A stretch of 64,000 nucleotides of DNA from a virus (IMGVR_UViG_3300037067_004608:59840-123839); one strand, 5' to 3'; shown: positions 9,324 through 18,425, counted from the stretch's first letter. Made by a program: numbers and translations. The notes: generated by a model from the letters alone, not told the origin.

Positions 9324-9564
9324 GTGCGAACAAGAAGTTTGTGAGTTCTGTCTTTATTATACTATTGAAGAAAAGAAATGTGATAATAGAGATGAGTCAC
9401 CAATAGACCCTGATGACAGCTGTGAGATGATCATCAGTATGAGATGTACAACATGTAAACAGAAACGTGGCGAGCCTAGAATAGACAATGGTATAAAAGC
9501 AGGAGTTCATTGTGATGAGTGTTGGAATAAAATGTTAATAGACTGTAGAAAGAGAAGCTGGTAA
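9256..9564 (+). CDS. Hypothetical Cys-rich protein (start uncertain)
   Basis: Multiple CxxC; TAATG coupling to primase. Confidence 0.55.
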   Translation: MKDLPDQQMRKRKLMCGNQKENECEQEVCEFCLYYTIEEKKCDNRDESPIDPDDSCEMIISMRCTTCKQKRGEPRIDNGIKAGVHCDECWNKMLIDCRKRSW

Positions 9565-10616
9565 TGGCAAGAATAAAGGTTAAAGATCAGCATATTGATA
9601 TTGATCTTATGCAGTTGATGACTGATTATGGCATCAAAGGCAAGAAGATCGGTAATGAGTATGTTGCTTTTTGCCCTTTCCATGATGATAATTCTCCAAG
9701 TTGGTCTCTAAAGCTCGAAGGAGATAGAGCTGGTCTATGGCATTGTATGTCCTCTAGTTGTGAGTTAAAAGGAAATATAATAACACTCATAACTATGATG
9801 GAAAATTGCGGTTATAAAGAAGCAATTGCATCACTAACTGCTATAGAATCAGAAATAAATGTATACCAAAAAGATTTAGATTCACTAGTTAATAGACTGC
9901 TATCAATAGGAATAGACACTAGGCAGTCTAGCCTCAGATACAAAGTTCCACCAGACTGTAGTAAATCATACGTTCAAACCTTCTTCACAAATCCAAAAGA
10001 AAAAGGAGGTAGAGGATATTCAAAAGAAGAGTTTGAACAATTGATTGTTGATGATGTAGTATATTGTGAATCAGGTTTCTTCAGGAATAAGATCATAGTT
10101 CCAATCTACAATGAATCGGGCGAGCAAATCTCGTTTGTAGCAAGAACTCTTGATCCAAATGTCATGGAGAAATACAGATACCCAAAGGGCTGGATGAAGA
10201 ATCTCTTTGTTTACAGAATGGAAGCTAATCCATCTGAGCCTCCGGTTATATGTGAAGGAATATTTGATGGCAAGCATATACAAGGTATCTGGAATAGAAC
10301 TGCATTAGTAGTCTTTGGCAGTTCTCTTACTACAGCGCAAATAGCGTGGATAGCAAAAAGATACGACAAAGTAACATTTAGCCTTGACGGAGATAAGGCA
10401 GGAAGGAAGGGAACCTATCACGGTATAAAAAGCATGCAACAATTTGGAACTGATATCACTGTTATGGAGCTACCCGATGGCTTCGACCCTCCTGGAGTTT
10501 CAAGGACGGAAATGACTAATCTAGTATTGATGGCAGCAAAGGACTATGGAGAGAAATGGGAGAGAAGTCATATGTTGAGCAGATTCTCGATGACTGGCAT
10601 CCGAGGATCAAAATGA
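9564..10616 (+). CDS. dnaG: DNA primase (CHC2 Zn finger + TOPRIM)
   Basis: CPFHDDNSPS..WHC..C, SFVART, ICEGIFD, DGDKAG. Confidence 0.93.
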   Translation: MARIKVKDQHIDIDLMQLMTDYGIKGKKIGNEYVAFCPFHDDNSPSWSLKLEGDRAGLWHCMSSSCELKGNIITLITMMENCGYKEAIASLTAIESEINVYQKDLDSLVNRLLSIGIDTRQSSLRYKVPPDCSKSYVQTFFTNPKEKGGRGYSKEEFEQLIVDDVVYCESGFFRNKIIVPIYNESGEQISFVARTLDPNVMEKYRYPKGWMKNLFVYRMEANPSEPPVICEGIFDGKHIQGIWNRTALVVFGSSLTTAQIAWIAKRYDKVTFSLDGDKAGRKGTYHGIKSMQQFGTDITVMELPDGFDPPGVSRTEMTNLVLMAAKDYGEKWERSHMLSRFSMTGIRGSK

Positions 10617-11110
10617 TGATTGCCCGCTGCGGCTTTGGCGCAGAGGACAAAGAATTGTTAGAGAATGAGCTACTTGAGAAAGTAGTAACGTGTATCGAAG
10701 AATACGACACATCATACGATGCAAAGTTCGATACATTCACCAATAGATGTTTAATGAATCATATTCAGGTTCATCTAAGAGGTGAGAAAAGAAAGAAGCA
10801 CTCATTTATATCGAACTCAATGTCCTTGGATTACACAATTGATGAGGGAGATACAATCTCAGAACTTATCGCTGATCCAAAGGCAATATCTGCAGATACC
10901 ATTATTTTCAACATAACTTTGAGTGAAATAATGAATCTGCTTCCTGATGTTTGCAAAGAGATAGTAAGCCTTCTTTGCGCAGGTTTGAGTGAGTCAGAAA
11001 TAGCAAGAATTATTGGAGAAGAATCTCGACTAGTAAGAGGATATATCGAGGAATGTATACAGCCTTTAGTGGTAGAACTACTTCTTTGTGAGGAAAGAAA
11101 TGACGGATAA
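10556..11110 (+). CDS. Phage sigma-70 family sigma factor
   Basis: YD...DAKFDTF region 2, SLD, region-4 HTH GLSESEIARIIG. Confidence 0.82.
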   Translation: MGEKSYVEQILDDWHPRIKMMIARCGFGAEDKELLENELLEKVVTCIEEYDTSYDAKFDTFTNRCLMNHIQVHLRGEKRKKHSFISNSMSLDYTIDEGDTISELIADPKAISADTIIFNITLSEIMNLLPDVCKEIVSLLCAGLSESEIARIIGEESRLVRGYIEECIQPLVVELLLCEERNDG

Positions 11111-11390
11111 GCAGGAAACCAAAATTGTACCAGAGAAGCCATGCAAAATGGATTATCCAGCAAAGGAAGAGTTCGTAGCTCTTGGTATCAAAGAAGTTGC
11201 AGCAATAATTGCAGCAGCTCTTGAAATAAAAGCAGGAAATAGCATAGCTATAATTGAAGGTGCAAAGTTTGATTCTCTGAGACCCAAGCAGGCGATCTTT
11301 GTTCCAGGAAAACATGTTCCTGCAGTTCCTTGTGTTGTCCTCAAACTTAAATGGGAAGAGGAGAAGAAAAATGAGATTACAGTATCCTAA
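11100..11390 (+). CDS. Hypothetical protein
   Basis: GAGGA RBS; operon tiling. Confidence 0.55.
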   Translation: MTDKQETKIVPEKPCKMDYPAKEEFVALGIKEVAAIIAAALEIKAGNSIAIIEGAKFDSLRPKQAIFVPGKHVPAVPCVVLKLKWEEEKKNEITVS

Positions 11391-11988
11391 TAATGTTTGT
11401 GACTGCGCTCTCTGTGAAACTAGAAGTGTAGCAAAGCAGGTAGTTCCTGGATTTGGAAATCCTAATGCAGATATAATGATAATTGGACAGAATCCAGGTA
11501 GAGAAGAAGATGCTCAAGGAAAGCCATTTGTTGGTAAATCAGGAGATTGGCTTGATAGAATCCTCAAGTCAATCTGTCACAAAAGAGAAGAGGTATTTAT
11601 CACAAATACTGTTAAATGCCTAACTCCTAACAATAGACTTCCAGAGCCACAAGAAATAGAGAAGTGTGCTTATTGGTTGATACAGGATGTTAAAGCTGTA
11701 AACCCGTCACTAATAATCCCTCTCGGAGCTTGTGCTCTTCAAGCAGTTACCTGTGCTCCTCCTGATACTAGGATAACAGAGTATGCAGGAAGGACTATCA
11801 ATAGTCCTGTGGAAGTTTTCAAGGACAAACTGATCTTTCCATTGATGCATCCTGCAACATTAGCATACAATTTCAGTAGGAATTATCCTCCATATTGTAC
11901 ACATGTTGCAAATCTTTTTGCTCTTCTCATAGAGCTTGGTATATTAGAGCCGAGTTCAGAAAACTGGAGAGATGACTTCAAGTTTTAA
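11371..11988 (+). CDS. Uracil-DNA glycosylase family 4
   Basis: CDCALC Fe-S cluster, GQNPGREED..GKPFVGKSG, TNTVKC, HPA. Confidence 0.92.
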   Translation: MRLQYPNNVCDCALCETRSVAKQVVPGFGNPNADIMIIGQNPGREEDAQGKPFVGKSGDWLDRILKSICHKREEVFITNTVKCLTPNNRLPEPQEIEKCAYWLIQDVKAVNPSLIIPLGACALQAVTCAPPDTRITEYAGRTINSPVEVFKDKLIFPLMHPATLAYNFSRNYPPYCTHVANLFALLIELGILEPSSENWRDDFKF

Positions 11989-12048
11989 GTGCTGATAACT
12001 ATAAGAAGTCGTATAAAGAACTATACGACTACTAGAAAAGGCGTATGT

Positions 12049-12747
12049 ATGGAGCATAGTTTTGATGATGAGTTAGAGGAACATGGAGGAAGTGTTGTTG
12101 GAACATTAGAATCCAACAATTTTCCTATTGGACCAGAAGAACTCTTACAGATAGAAGTAGTTTTGCCTAACCTTGGTAAAAAGGTAAAGCACGACATATT
12201 CAATACTCTTCATAATAAAGCTCTTGAAGACCCTTGGAGCTTATCAGAAGAAATGGATAAAGCTCCTGTCTGGTATGCATACTATGGAAACCTAAGCGCC
12301 GAAGCTGATGCTGCAGTCTCTGAAGCTGAGCAGGAGTATGATGAATGGTATGCTCTTGCGTATGAGGTAGCAAAAGACTATCTTGATGGCAAATATGACA
12401 AAGTTACAGAGACTATGATTAAGACAACAATACCAGGGATGTTTAGAGAACCTGGTAATTGGAAAATCGCTACTGGTGAATTTGACGGTAAAGAGTATCT
12501 CAGTGAAGAGGTTCACTTAATGTCATTTTCAGAAATACGTAGCAAAAAGAGGGAGGCAGAGAAGAAAGCAAATCTAATGAGGGTATATGCTAATTCTTTG
12601 AGATATAAGATACAGCTTCTACCATCTCAGATGAGTCTTGCACGCTCGTTACTTGAGAATCCAGAAATGCGAAGTCTCAAACGGACAAACACAGGAGTGA
12701 TAAGCTCCAGCGAATCAAAACTAAGTAAGGAGACAGCGGAAAAATGA
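12049..12747 (+). CDS. Helical protein, UvsY-like recombination mediator candidate
   Basis: Coiled-coil with KVTETMIK segment; directly upstream of SSB. Confidence 0.5.
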   Translation: MEHSFDDELEEHGGSVVGTLESNNFPIGPEELLQIEVVLPNLGKKVKHDIFNTLHNKALEDPWSLSEEMDKAPVWYAYYGNLSAEADAAVSEAEQEYDEWYALAYEVAKDYLDGKYDKVTETMIKTTIPGMFREPGNWKIATGEFDGKEYLSEEVHLMSFSEIRSKKREAEKKANLMRVYANSLRYKIQLLPSQMSLARSLLENPEMRSLKRTNTGVISSSESKLSKETAEK

Positions 12748-13646
12748 CAGACAAAGATTCAGACACCATCGTAAAAGGAGAGGAAGTTGACGAATCTCAA
12801 GGCATAGGCTTTGATGATGAGTATGAAGACTTTCAATCTGAGTGGGAACGCGACCACCAATCTATCGGGCGTGCAGGTAATATTCTGCGCCAGCAGGATT
12901 TGAAGCTCGGCGAAACAAGAGTCAGAATCGTTGACCCTTGTAAGTATTTCTCGTGTTTTGTCCACAGTATGCAAGACACACATGGTAAATGGAAGAGACT
13001 CGTTTGCCATGGAGAGAAAGAGATCATGCTCGACAAGAGCAGAAAACCTCCGATGGACCCTGAACACTGCCCAATATGCGAGCACATACTCGCAAACAAC
13101 TTGAAGCAGGGATTCCCAAAAAGGAACTTCTACTTCAGAGTTATAAGCAGACAGAGGCAAGCTGAATGCACAGAGCAGGGAATCCCAAATGAGATTCTCA
13201 TTCTTCAATGTGGTCCGCAGCTGTTCGATTCGATGTATGATATTGCGACAACTGCAGACTACAAGGAGGATCTGTTTGAGGATGATGGAACAACTCCAAA
13301 GATGGATCCAAGAAAGCCAGGAGTGCAGGCATCGAGAATCAATCTAACCCTCTTTGACTTCATCATAAAGAAGGAAAAGACAGGCAATGCTGATGTCGAT
13401 GTTCAATATTCTGCCCAGGCTGCATGGAAAGGTAGAGGCCCTCTTACTGATGAGGAAGCGAAGCTCATTGCGGAAGGACTACCATCTGTCGACAATCTGA
13501 TCAAGCCTTCTTCTGAAGAGAAGATCAAGGCTGTTCTCTTTGGAGAAAGTGATGGTAGCGAATCAGAGCCAGATGAGCCTCGTGGTAGAAGGACAGCAAA
13601 ATCTCCTAGTTCTGATTCTGGCGATGTTCCTTTCGATAAAGAATGA
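12744..13646 (+). CDS. Single-stranded DNA-binding protein (T4 gp32-like)
   Basis: H..C..CPIC Zn site, DFIIKKEKTG...YS, acidic C-tail ending DVPFDKE. Confidence 0.82.
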   Translation: MTDKDSDTIVKGEEVDESQGIGFDDEYEDFQSEWERDHQSIGRAGNILRQQDLKLGETRVRIVDPCKYFSCFVHSMQDTHGKWKRLVCHGEKEIMLDKSRKPPMDPEHCPICEHILANNLKQGFPKRNFYFRVISRQRQAECTEQGIPNEILILQCGPQLFDSMYDIATTADYKEDLFEDDGTTPKMDPRKPGVQASRINLTLFDFIIKKEKTGNADVDVQYSAQAAWKGRGPLTDEEAKLIAEGLPSVDNLIKPSSEEKIKAVLFGESDGSESEPDEPRGRRTAKSPSSDSGDVPFDKE

Positions 13647-13670
13647 CAGTCGGTCTAGCCGTCGTATAGA
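13643..13670 (+). promoter_or_regulatory. Sigma70-like promoter of the RNA cluster
   Basis: ATGACA-N16-TATAGA; shares CGTATAGATA with the promoter at 5563. Confidence 0.45.
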
Positions 13671-13672
13671 TA

Positions 13673-13964
13673 GTTAGCCGAACGGTTCGAGAGAACCGTG
13701 TAGTTTGGTTAGCAGGAGAAGGAGTAAGCGAACTGCCGAAGGCCAAGGTTCTGGTTGCTAGGATGCCAGACTCCTGCGGGGAATGCTTGTAGGAAAGATC
13801 AAAGGCTTGACCAGAGATCGTAAGCACAGAGGCCCATGATAACCTTGTGTTATGTAGACTGGAGTTGTGCCCAGAGCGGTATTCCCTAGAGCCTAAGTTG
13901 TTGAAGTAAAAGCAGTAAGCAGCTTAGGTAGAAGGGGATTCTTTGGAAGCAAGGAATCCCCTTC
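13673..13964 (+). ncRNA. Unclassified highly structured RNA upstream of tmRNA
   Basis: No credible ORF; nested stems GTTAGCCGAAC/GTTTGGTTAGC, ACGGTTC/GAACCGT, GCAGGAG/CTCCTGC, GGGAATGC/GTATTCCC, GCCTAAGTTGTT/AGCAGCTTAGGT, and a 15-bp terminal hairpin; G-U pairs favour the + strand. Confidence 0.6.
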
Positions 13965-13987
13965 ATTGTTCTTTGATATTTTAATAT

Positions 13988-14336
13988 GGGGCCGAAATGG
14001 TTTCGACAGAGGGCAGACGAAGCATACTGCGAGCCGAGATGACTGTAGGACTCGTGAATCAGTCAAACAATAAAAGCGAATACAGACACACTCTCTTCCA
14101 TCGCTGGCAGAAATGCCGACATGGAAGTAATGGCTGCCTAGCGTAGCCTGTCTCTCATTCTGACTCCGATATGATGAGAGGCTCAAATTATCGGACTGGC
14201 AAGCTGAACCACAATATGACGATAGTGGGAGGGGTCACCTCCAGCTCTAATCGTGGAAGAAAAGATGGTGACTACGCTCGTAGACGTTTGTTAGAAAACC
14301 TTTTGGACAGGGGTTCGATTCCCCTCGGCTCCACCA
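13988..14336 (+). ncRNA. ssrA: tmRNA
   Basis: 5' GGGGCCGAAATGGTTTCGAC; 3' GGACAGGGGTTCGATTCCCCTCGGCTCCACCA with G3-U pair; tag frame 14076-14141 ANTDTLSSIAGRNADMEVMAA*. Confidence 0.96.
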
Positions 14337-14430
14337 TTAGGCTGTTAGGTAGCGGTTCCGTGAGTTCACCGCCATCCTAGGTATCAGCGAGAAATATCAA
14401 TATCGGTTCATAATGCTTCTAACAGCCTAA
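14337..14430 (+). ncRNA. Stem-closed ~94-nt RNA module 1 after tmRNA
   Basis: 12-bp closing stem TTAGGCTGTTAG/CTAACAGCCTAA starting right after the tmRNA CCA. Confidence 0.5.
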
Positions 14431-14444
14431 CCTTTTCAACAATT

Positions 14445-14545
14445 TAGCAATCGAACACTACATGCTGCACTTCGGTCGGGAGAGCATTGTTCCTGTAAGG
14501 CCCAGGTAATACTGATTGTAAAGGAACTGTCGTAGAAGATTGCTA
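14445..14545 (+). ncRNA. Stem-closed ~100-nt RNA module 2
   Basis: TAGCAATC/GATTGCTA closing stem; inner CTAC/GTAG, ATGCT/AGCAT, GTTCCT/AGGAAC suggest a junction. Confidence 0.45.
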
Positions 14546-14571
14546 TTCTATGGCTTTTAATAGTCATAGAA

Positions 14572-14655
14572 AACCAGGGACATTGGGTTACCCTGTGGGA
14601 CGCCACAAGGGGCCTGGGGCCATAAGCAAACTTCTCATTGGCAATGTTCCTGGTT
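14572..14655 (+). ncRNA. Stem-closed ~84-nt RNA module 3
   Basis: 14-bp closing stem AACCAGGGACATTG/CAATGTTCCTGGTT (one G-U); inner CCCTGTGG-GACG-CCACAAGGG hairpin. Confidence 0.5.
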
Positions 14656-14677
14656 ATTTCACAAAGAAGGAAATGAA

Positions 14678-15658
14678 GTGATTATTAGTCAAACTCCTCT
14701 AAGAATCAGTTTTGCTGGAGGTGGAACTGATTTCAAGAGATACTATACAATTGGTGGCGGTAAAGTTGTATCTACTGCTATTGATAAGTTTGTCAAAGTT
14801 ATTATACAAGAACGCTTTGATGATCTTATTGTTGTATCATACTCTAAGACAGAAGTAGTACACTCTGTAGAAGATATAAAGCATGATCTTGTAAGAGAAG
14901 CTCTTTTGATGACAGGAATCAAAAAGGGAATCGAAATCAAGACAATGTCTGATGTGTCTTCTGAAGGTTCTGGTCTTGGATCATCAAGTGCAATAACAGT
15001 TGGTCTACTAAATGCCTTCTTCACCTATCAGAACAAGAATGTCTCTTCAGATGATCTAGCAAGATTAGCTTGTATCATTGAGATAGACTATCTTGAAAAC
15101 CCAATTGGGAAGCAAGATCAATATATAGCTGCTCATGGTGGAATAGCTGCAATTGATTTTGCTAGAAGTGGAGAAGTTTCTGTAGAGCAGATTCCTCTAT
15201 CTGAATCAGACAGGTCTCTTCTTTCTGAGAACCTAATGCTGTTTTATACAGGTATGACCAGAAAGTCATCAGAGGTTCTATCTGACCAGTCGGCAAAGAT
15301 AGTTGATAATATAGATGTGCTAAATCAGATGAAAGATCAAGCACAACTTCTTCACAGTAGTCTCAACAATGGAAATATAAATGCTGTTGGAGAGGCTTTA
15401 CGAGACGGATGGGAACTCAAGAAGAAATTATCTGATAAAATATCAGTGAATATACTAGAAAGTCTAATTGGCGAAGCTATGAATGGCGGAGCTACAGGCG
15501 CTAAAATAGCAGGCGCTGGAGGTGGAGGTTTTCTACTTTTATATGTTCCACCAGAGAACAGAAGATCAGTTAGGGAAGCTCTAAAAGAATTGAAAGAACT
15601 TCCAATAACAATTGGTCAAGATGGAAGCAAGATAATTTTCAACTCTAGGAGAAGATGA
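14678..15658 (+). CDS. hddA: D-glycero-alpha-D-manno-heptose-7-phosphate kinase (GHMP family)
   Basis: TPLRISFAGGGTD, GSGLGSSS, IGKQDQY, GAKIAGAGGGGF. Confidence 0.88.
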   Translation: MIISQTPLRISFAGGGTDFKRYYTIGGGKVVSTAIDKFVKVIIQERFDDLIVVSYSKTEVVHSVEDIKHDLVREALLMTGIKKGIEIKTMSDVSSEGSGLGSSSAITVGLLNAFFTYQNKNVSSDDLARLACIIEIDYLENPIGKQDQYIAAHGGIAAIDFARSGEVSVEQIPLSESDRSLLSENLMLFYTGMTRKSSEVLSDQSAKIVDNIDVLNQMKDQAQLLHSSLNNGNINAVGEALRDGWELKKKLSDKISVNILESLIGEAMNGGATGAKIAGAGGGGFLLLYVPPENRRSVREALKELKELPITIGQDGSKIIFNSRRR

Positions 15659-15909
15659 TGACAAAAGTAAAACTTACTTACTTCAAAGAAAGTGGTAAGT
15701 ATTATAGTGATGGAGAATATGAAACTGACCTCCAGGAATGGCATGATGTTATAAAGGACATCAAGATAAAGCAAGAAGAAGGAAATCTACCAGGACTTGT
15801 TGAAGGTGGCGGTCAGGAGTTTATGATTCTGGTAAATACAGAGGGAATCGGGACTGCAGATGTTCCTCATATTATACACCCTATTCCTCCCGAAAACCGG
15901 AGATACTAA
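15655..15909 (+). CDS. Hypothetical phage protein
   Basis: YFKESGKYY; AGGAG RBS. Confidence 0.65.
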   Translation: MMTKVKLTYFKESGKYYSDGEYETDLQEWHDVIKDIKIKQEEGNLPGLVEGGGQEFMILVNTEGIGTADVPHIIHPIPPENRRY

Positions 15910-15911
15910 AC

Positions 15912-15953
15912 CCCGTCTAACGATTGGAAGGCCCTGCAATCGCGTGAATTCAC
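15912..15953 (-). repeat. Dispersed element copy 2
   Basis: Reverse strand reads GTGAATTCACGCGATTGCA-N15-TAGACGGG. Confidence 0.9.
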
Positions 15954-16003
15954 TCGCCTTTTCCGCCCCGAAACGACCGAAACGACCGAAGGAGGAAAGG
16001 AAT

Positions 16004-16588
16004 GTGAAACTATCTATAATAGTAGTGCTATCACTAGTATTAGCATCAGATTGCTATGGGGAGAAGTTCAGAGTAACAAACTATGATGGCCCAACAACAA
16101 AAACTGCTAGTGGGCACAGAGCCAGATATGGAATCTGTGCAGCAGATTGGAAGCATCATCCTCCAGGGACAATAATCAAGTTAGATACTGGAGAAAGACT
16201 TGTAGTAGCAGATGTAGGCCCTGCAGTAAAAGGAAGACATCATATAGATAGATTCAACCCTTCTCACAAAATATTCCCAACAGTATCAAGGGGATATGTA
16301 GTGAGTAGAGGTGGACCTCACAGGAATAGAAAAGAGATTTATCAGTCTGTTCTTAAAGGTCTTGAGAAGAAAAAGCAATTAGACAAAGAGGCAAAGAAGA
16401 GATATTATGAACAGCTCAGAGAAAAAAGTTGTGATTCTCGGAGGGGGAATAGCAGGATTACTAGCTGCCCTAGAAATGAGCGAAAGGATAAACCCAAGCC
16501 AAATAACAGTATTAGCAGCAAAGATAATGCTAGAAAAGCAGGGTCTACATTATCTACACGAAACACAAGAAACAAAAAGCCTAATTGA
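16004..16588 (+). CDS. Secreted 3D-domain protein (cell-wall binding / lytic transglycosylase-like)
   Basis: GTG after GGAGGAAAGG, signal peptide, VTNY..TASG..ICAAD..PGT..VADVGPAVKG..IDRF. Confidence 0.8.
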   Translation: MKLSIIVVLSLVLASDCYGEKFRVTNYDGPTTKTASGHRARYGICAADWKHHPPGTIIKLDTGERLVVADVGPAVKGRHHIDRFNPSHKIFPTVSRGYVVSRGGPHRNRKEIYQSVLKGLEKKKQLDKEAKKRYYEQLREKSCDSRRGNSRITSCPRNERKDKPKPNNSISSKDNARKAGSTLSTRNTRNKKPN

Positions 16589-17456
16589 AAGATTGGGAAT
16601 AAACTATAACAAGATAAAAGTAAAAGGAGCATTAGTAGACAGTGTTGGTATAATTAGGCCATTCTCAGAGAATAGTCTTTCCATACAAGAACTCATAGAT
16701 GCTGTCAAATCACACAATCTGAAGACAACTGGCATCCCTTGGTCTGGATCAGCAAGGTCTATGAATAGTATCATAGATATAAACTTCAGCAAGAAGCAGC
16801 AGTATATGCTAGATCATAGCATTGAAGAAATAACAGAAGAACTCCTAAAAGTCATAGAAGCAAATGGAGTTAAAGTAATAATTGGGATGTCAGAGTTAAT
16901 TCTACCAGGTAATAAGCGCATTCAATATGAGGCAAAGAGCCTATTAGAGTCTCTACCTTATGATTATTTAATAAGCACTATTCCTCTTATAAAGCTGGTA
17001 GAACAAATTGTGTGGTCAAGTGAAGAACTCCCGTGTGTAGATCGTGGTTATTCAAATCTAAAGTCAGCTCCGATCTATACTAGACTTGTTGAGGGTGATA
17101 AAGTTCAGCCTGATCTACTAGAATATGACTTTGTATATAACCCATATGGATCAGGCTGGTATAGAGCATCAAGAATAACTATGAACAAAAGTAGATATGT
17201 TCAATTTGAATTCTCTAGTAAATTATATGCTAATGATTTCAGAAGGATACCTGCTGAGTCAGAATTCAATTCATATGGACATATATACGCTCCAGACCCT
17301 AAGCCCGTTCTTACTATATTAGATCAGCTTGAGCGAAAGAGTATATATTGTATTGGAAGAGCGGGTAGATGGAATACTGGAGCTTTGGTGCAGCAAACAT
17401 CAAAAGAAGCAAAAAGGACAGCAGAATGTATAGCGAATCAAATCAAGGATGAATAA
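16407..17456 (+). CDS. FAD-dependent oxidoreductase (protoporphyrinogen-oxidase / UDP-galactopyranose-mutase-like fold)
   Basis: VVILGGGIAGL Rossmann motif, GLHYLH, YDYLISTIPL, CIGRAGRW. Confidence 0.82.
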   Translation: MNSSEKKVVILGGGIAGLLAALEMSERINPSQITVLAAKIMLEKQGLHYLHETQETKSLIERLGINYNKIKVKGALVDSVGIIRPFSENSLSIQELIDAVKSHNLKTTGIPWSGSARSMNSIIDINFSKKQQYMLDHSIEEITEELLKVIEANGVKVIIGMSELILPGNKRIQYEAKSLLESLPYDYLISTIPLIKLVEQIVWSSEELPCVDRGYSNLKSAPIYTRLVEGDKVQPDLLEYDFVYNPYGSGWYRASRITMNKSRYVQFEFSSKLYANDFRRIPAESEFNSYGHIYAPDPKPVLTILDQLERKSIYCIGRAGRWNTGALVQQTSKEAKRTAECIANQIKDE

Positions 17457-17459
17457 GAA

Positions 17460-18425
17460 TTGGATCAAGATAGACTAGATGAAATCTTTACTAGACAATC
17501 AGAGAACCAAGAATTATTCTCTGACTTTGATACACTTTCGGAAACAGAGAAGCAACTTTTAACAGAGAGACTTCTTCACCACCTATATTCCGAAGGTTAT
17601 TCTCTGCTTGAAAACCTTAATTGGAAACTCAACGTCTTAAAGAGGAAACCCCCTATTCTTTCTAATGTCCACATAGAGATAATAGACATGGCTAAATACA
17701 TCATAGCTTTGGCTATTCTATGGGGATTAACCCCTGAAGAGTTCTTTGAGCAATTTATGCTCAAATCCGATGTTGTAGAAGAGAGATTCGAGAATGAGAA
17801 AACAAGACTCAAAGGAGAACTTATCCTCGCAGTCGACATTGATGGAGTCATCGCAGATTGGTTTGGAGGACTTCTTCTCTACGCAGAACAGCACTTTGAG
17901 AGAGAGTTTCATAGAGAGATGCTTGACAATCACCACATATCCGCTGTCAAGGCTTTTGACCTCACAAAAGCAGATGAAGAAGAACTTAAATCAGGATTTA
18001 TTGAATCTGGAGGATATAGAAGTTTATTGTCCCTTGGAGGGCAAGAATCATTATGTAAGGCCAAAAGTCACGGTTACAAAATACTTCTTCTTACTTCCAG
18101 ACCTGAGCGCCGACACAGAAGAATCCACGGAGACACAATAGATTGGCTACATTCTAGTGGATACCAATATGATTTAATTTTCTTTGGTTTCAATAAGACA
18201 GATGTTATAGCAGAAGAAATTGAACCAGGGAAAATAACATACCTTGTTGAAGATAGAATTGATAATGCTATCGCAGTTGCTAAGCATTATCCAGAAACCA
18301 CCGTTCTTCTCATAAATCGCCCATACAATACTAACGTAACAGGTGATGAAAGATACACCAATATCAAAAGAGTCGATAATTGGGAAGACATCGATCACAT
18401 TATATTGGAGGAACACAAATGCTAA
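17460..18425 (+). CDS. All-alpha NTP pyrophosphatase (MazG/dUTPase-like) fused to HAD 5'(3')-nucleotidase
   Basis: N-term E..L...NWK...EIID..KY...K; C-term AVDIDGVIAD, LTSRP, LVEDR, NRPYN. Confidence 0.8.
   Translation: MDQDRLDEIFTRQSENQELFSDFDTLSETEKQLLTERLLHHLYSEGYSLLENLNWKLNVLKRKPPILSNVHIEIIDMAKYIIALAILWGLTPEEFFEQFMLKSDVVEERFENEKTRLKGELILAVDIDGVIADWFGGLLLYAEQHFEREFHREMLDNHHISAVKAFDLTKADEEELKSGFIESGGYRSLLSLGGQESLCKAKSHGYKILLLTSRPERRHRRIHGDTIDWLHSSGYQYDLIFFGFNKTDVIAEEIEPGKITYLVEDRIDNAIAVAKHYPETTVLLINRPYNTNVTGDERYTNIKRVDNWEDIDHIILEEHKC

Noticed and set aside
13673-13964. RNase P RNA, SRP RNA, or glycine/lysine/cobalamin riboswitch
   Set aside because: Only short partial resemblances (TAGGAAAGATC, GCCGAAGG); the other required conserved segments are missing.
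13606-14380. ORFs 13606..13827, 13893..14186 and 14171..14380
   Set aside because: They overlap the tmRNA and structured RNA, and lack RBS and phage-like codon usage.
14337-14655. tRNA genes after tmRNA
   Set aside because: No cloverleaf with paired T-arm and acceptor stem found by eye.
15969-15990. Tandem CGAAACGAC repeat as an iteron array
   Set aside because: Only about 2.5 copies, within the copy-2 island, and not seen elsewhere.
17800-18425. HAD domain as GmhB completing the heptose pathway
   Set aside because: The DIDGV, TSR, EDR and RPYN pattern fits 5'(3')-deoxynucleotidases, not the DRDG/TNQSG/RKP pattern of GmhB.
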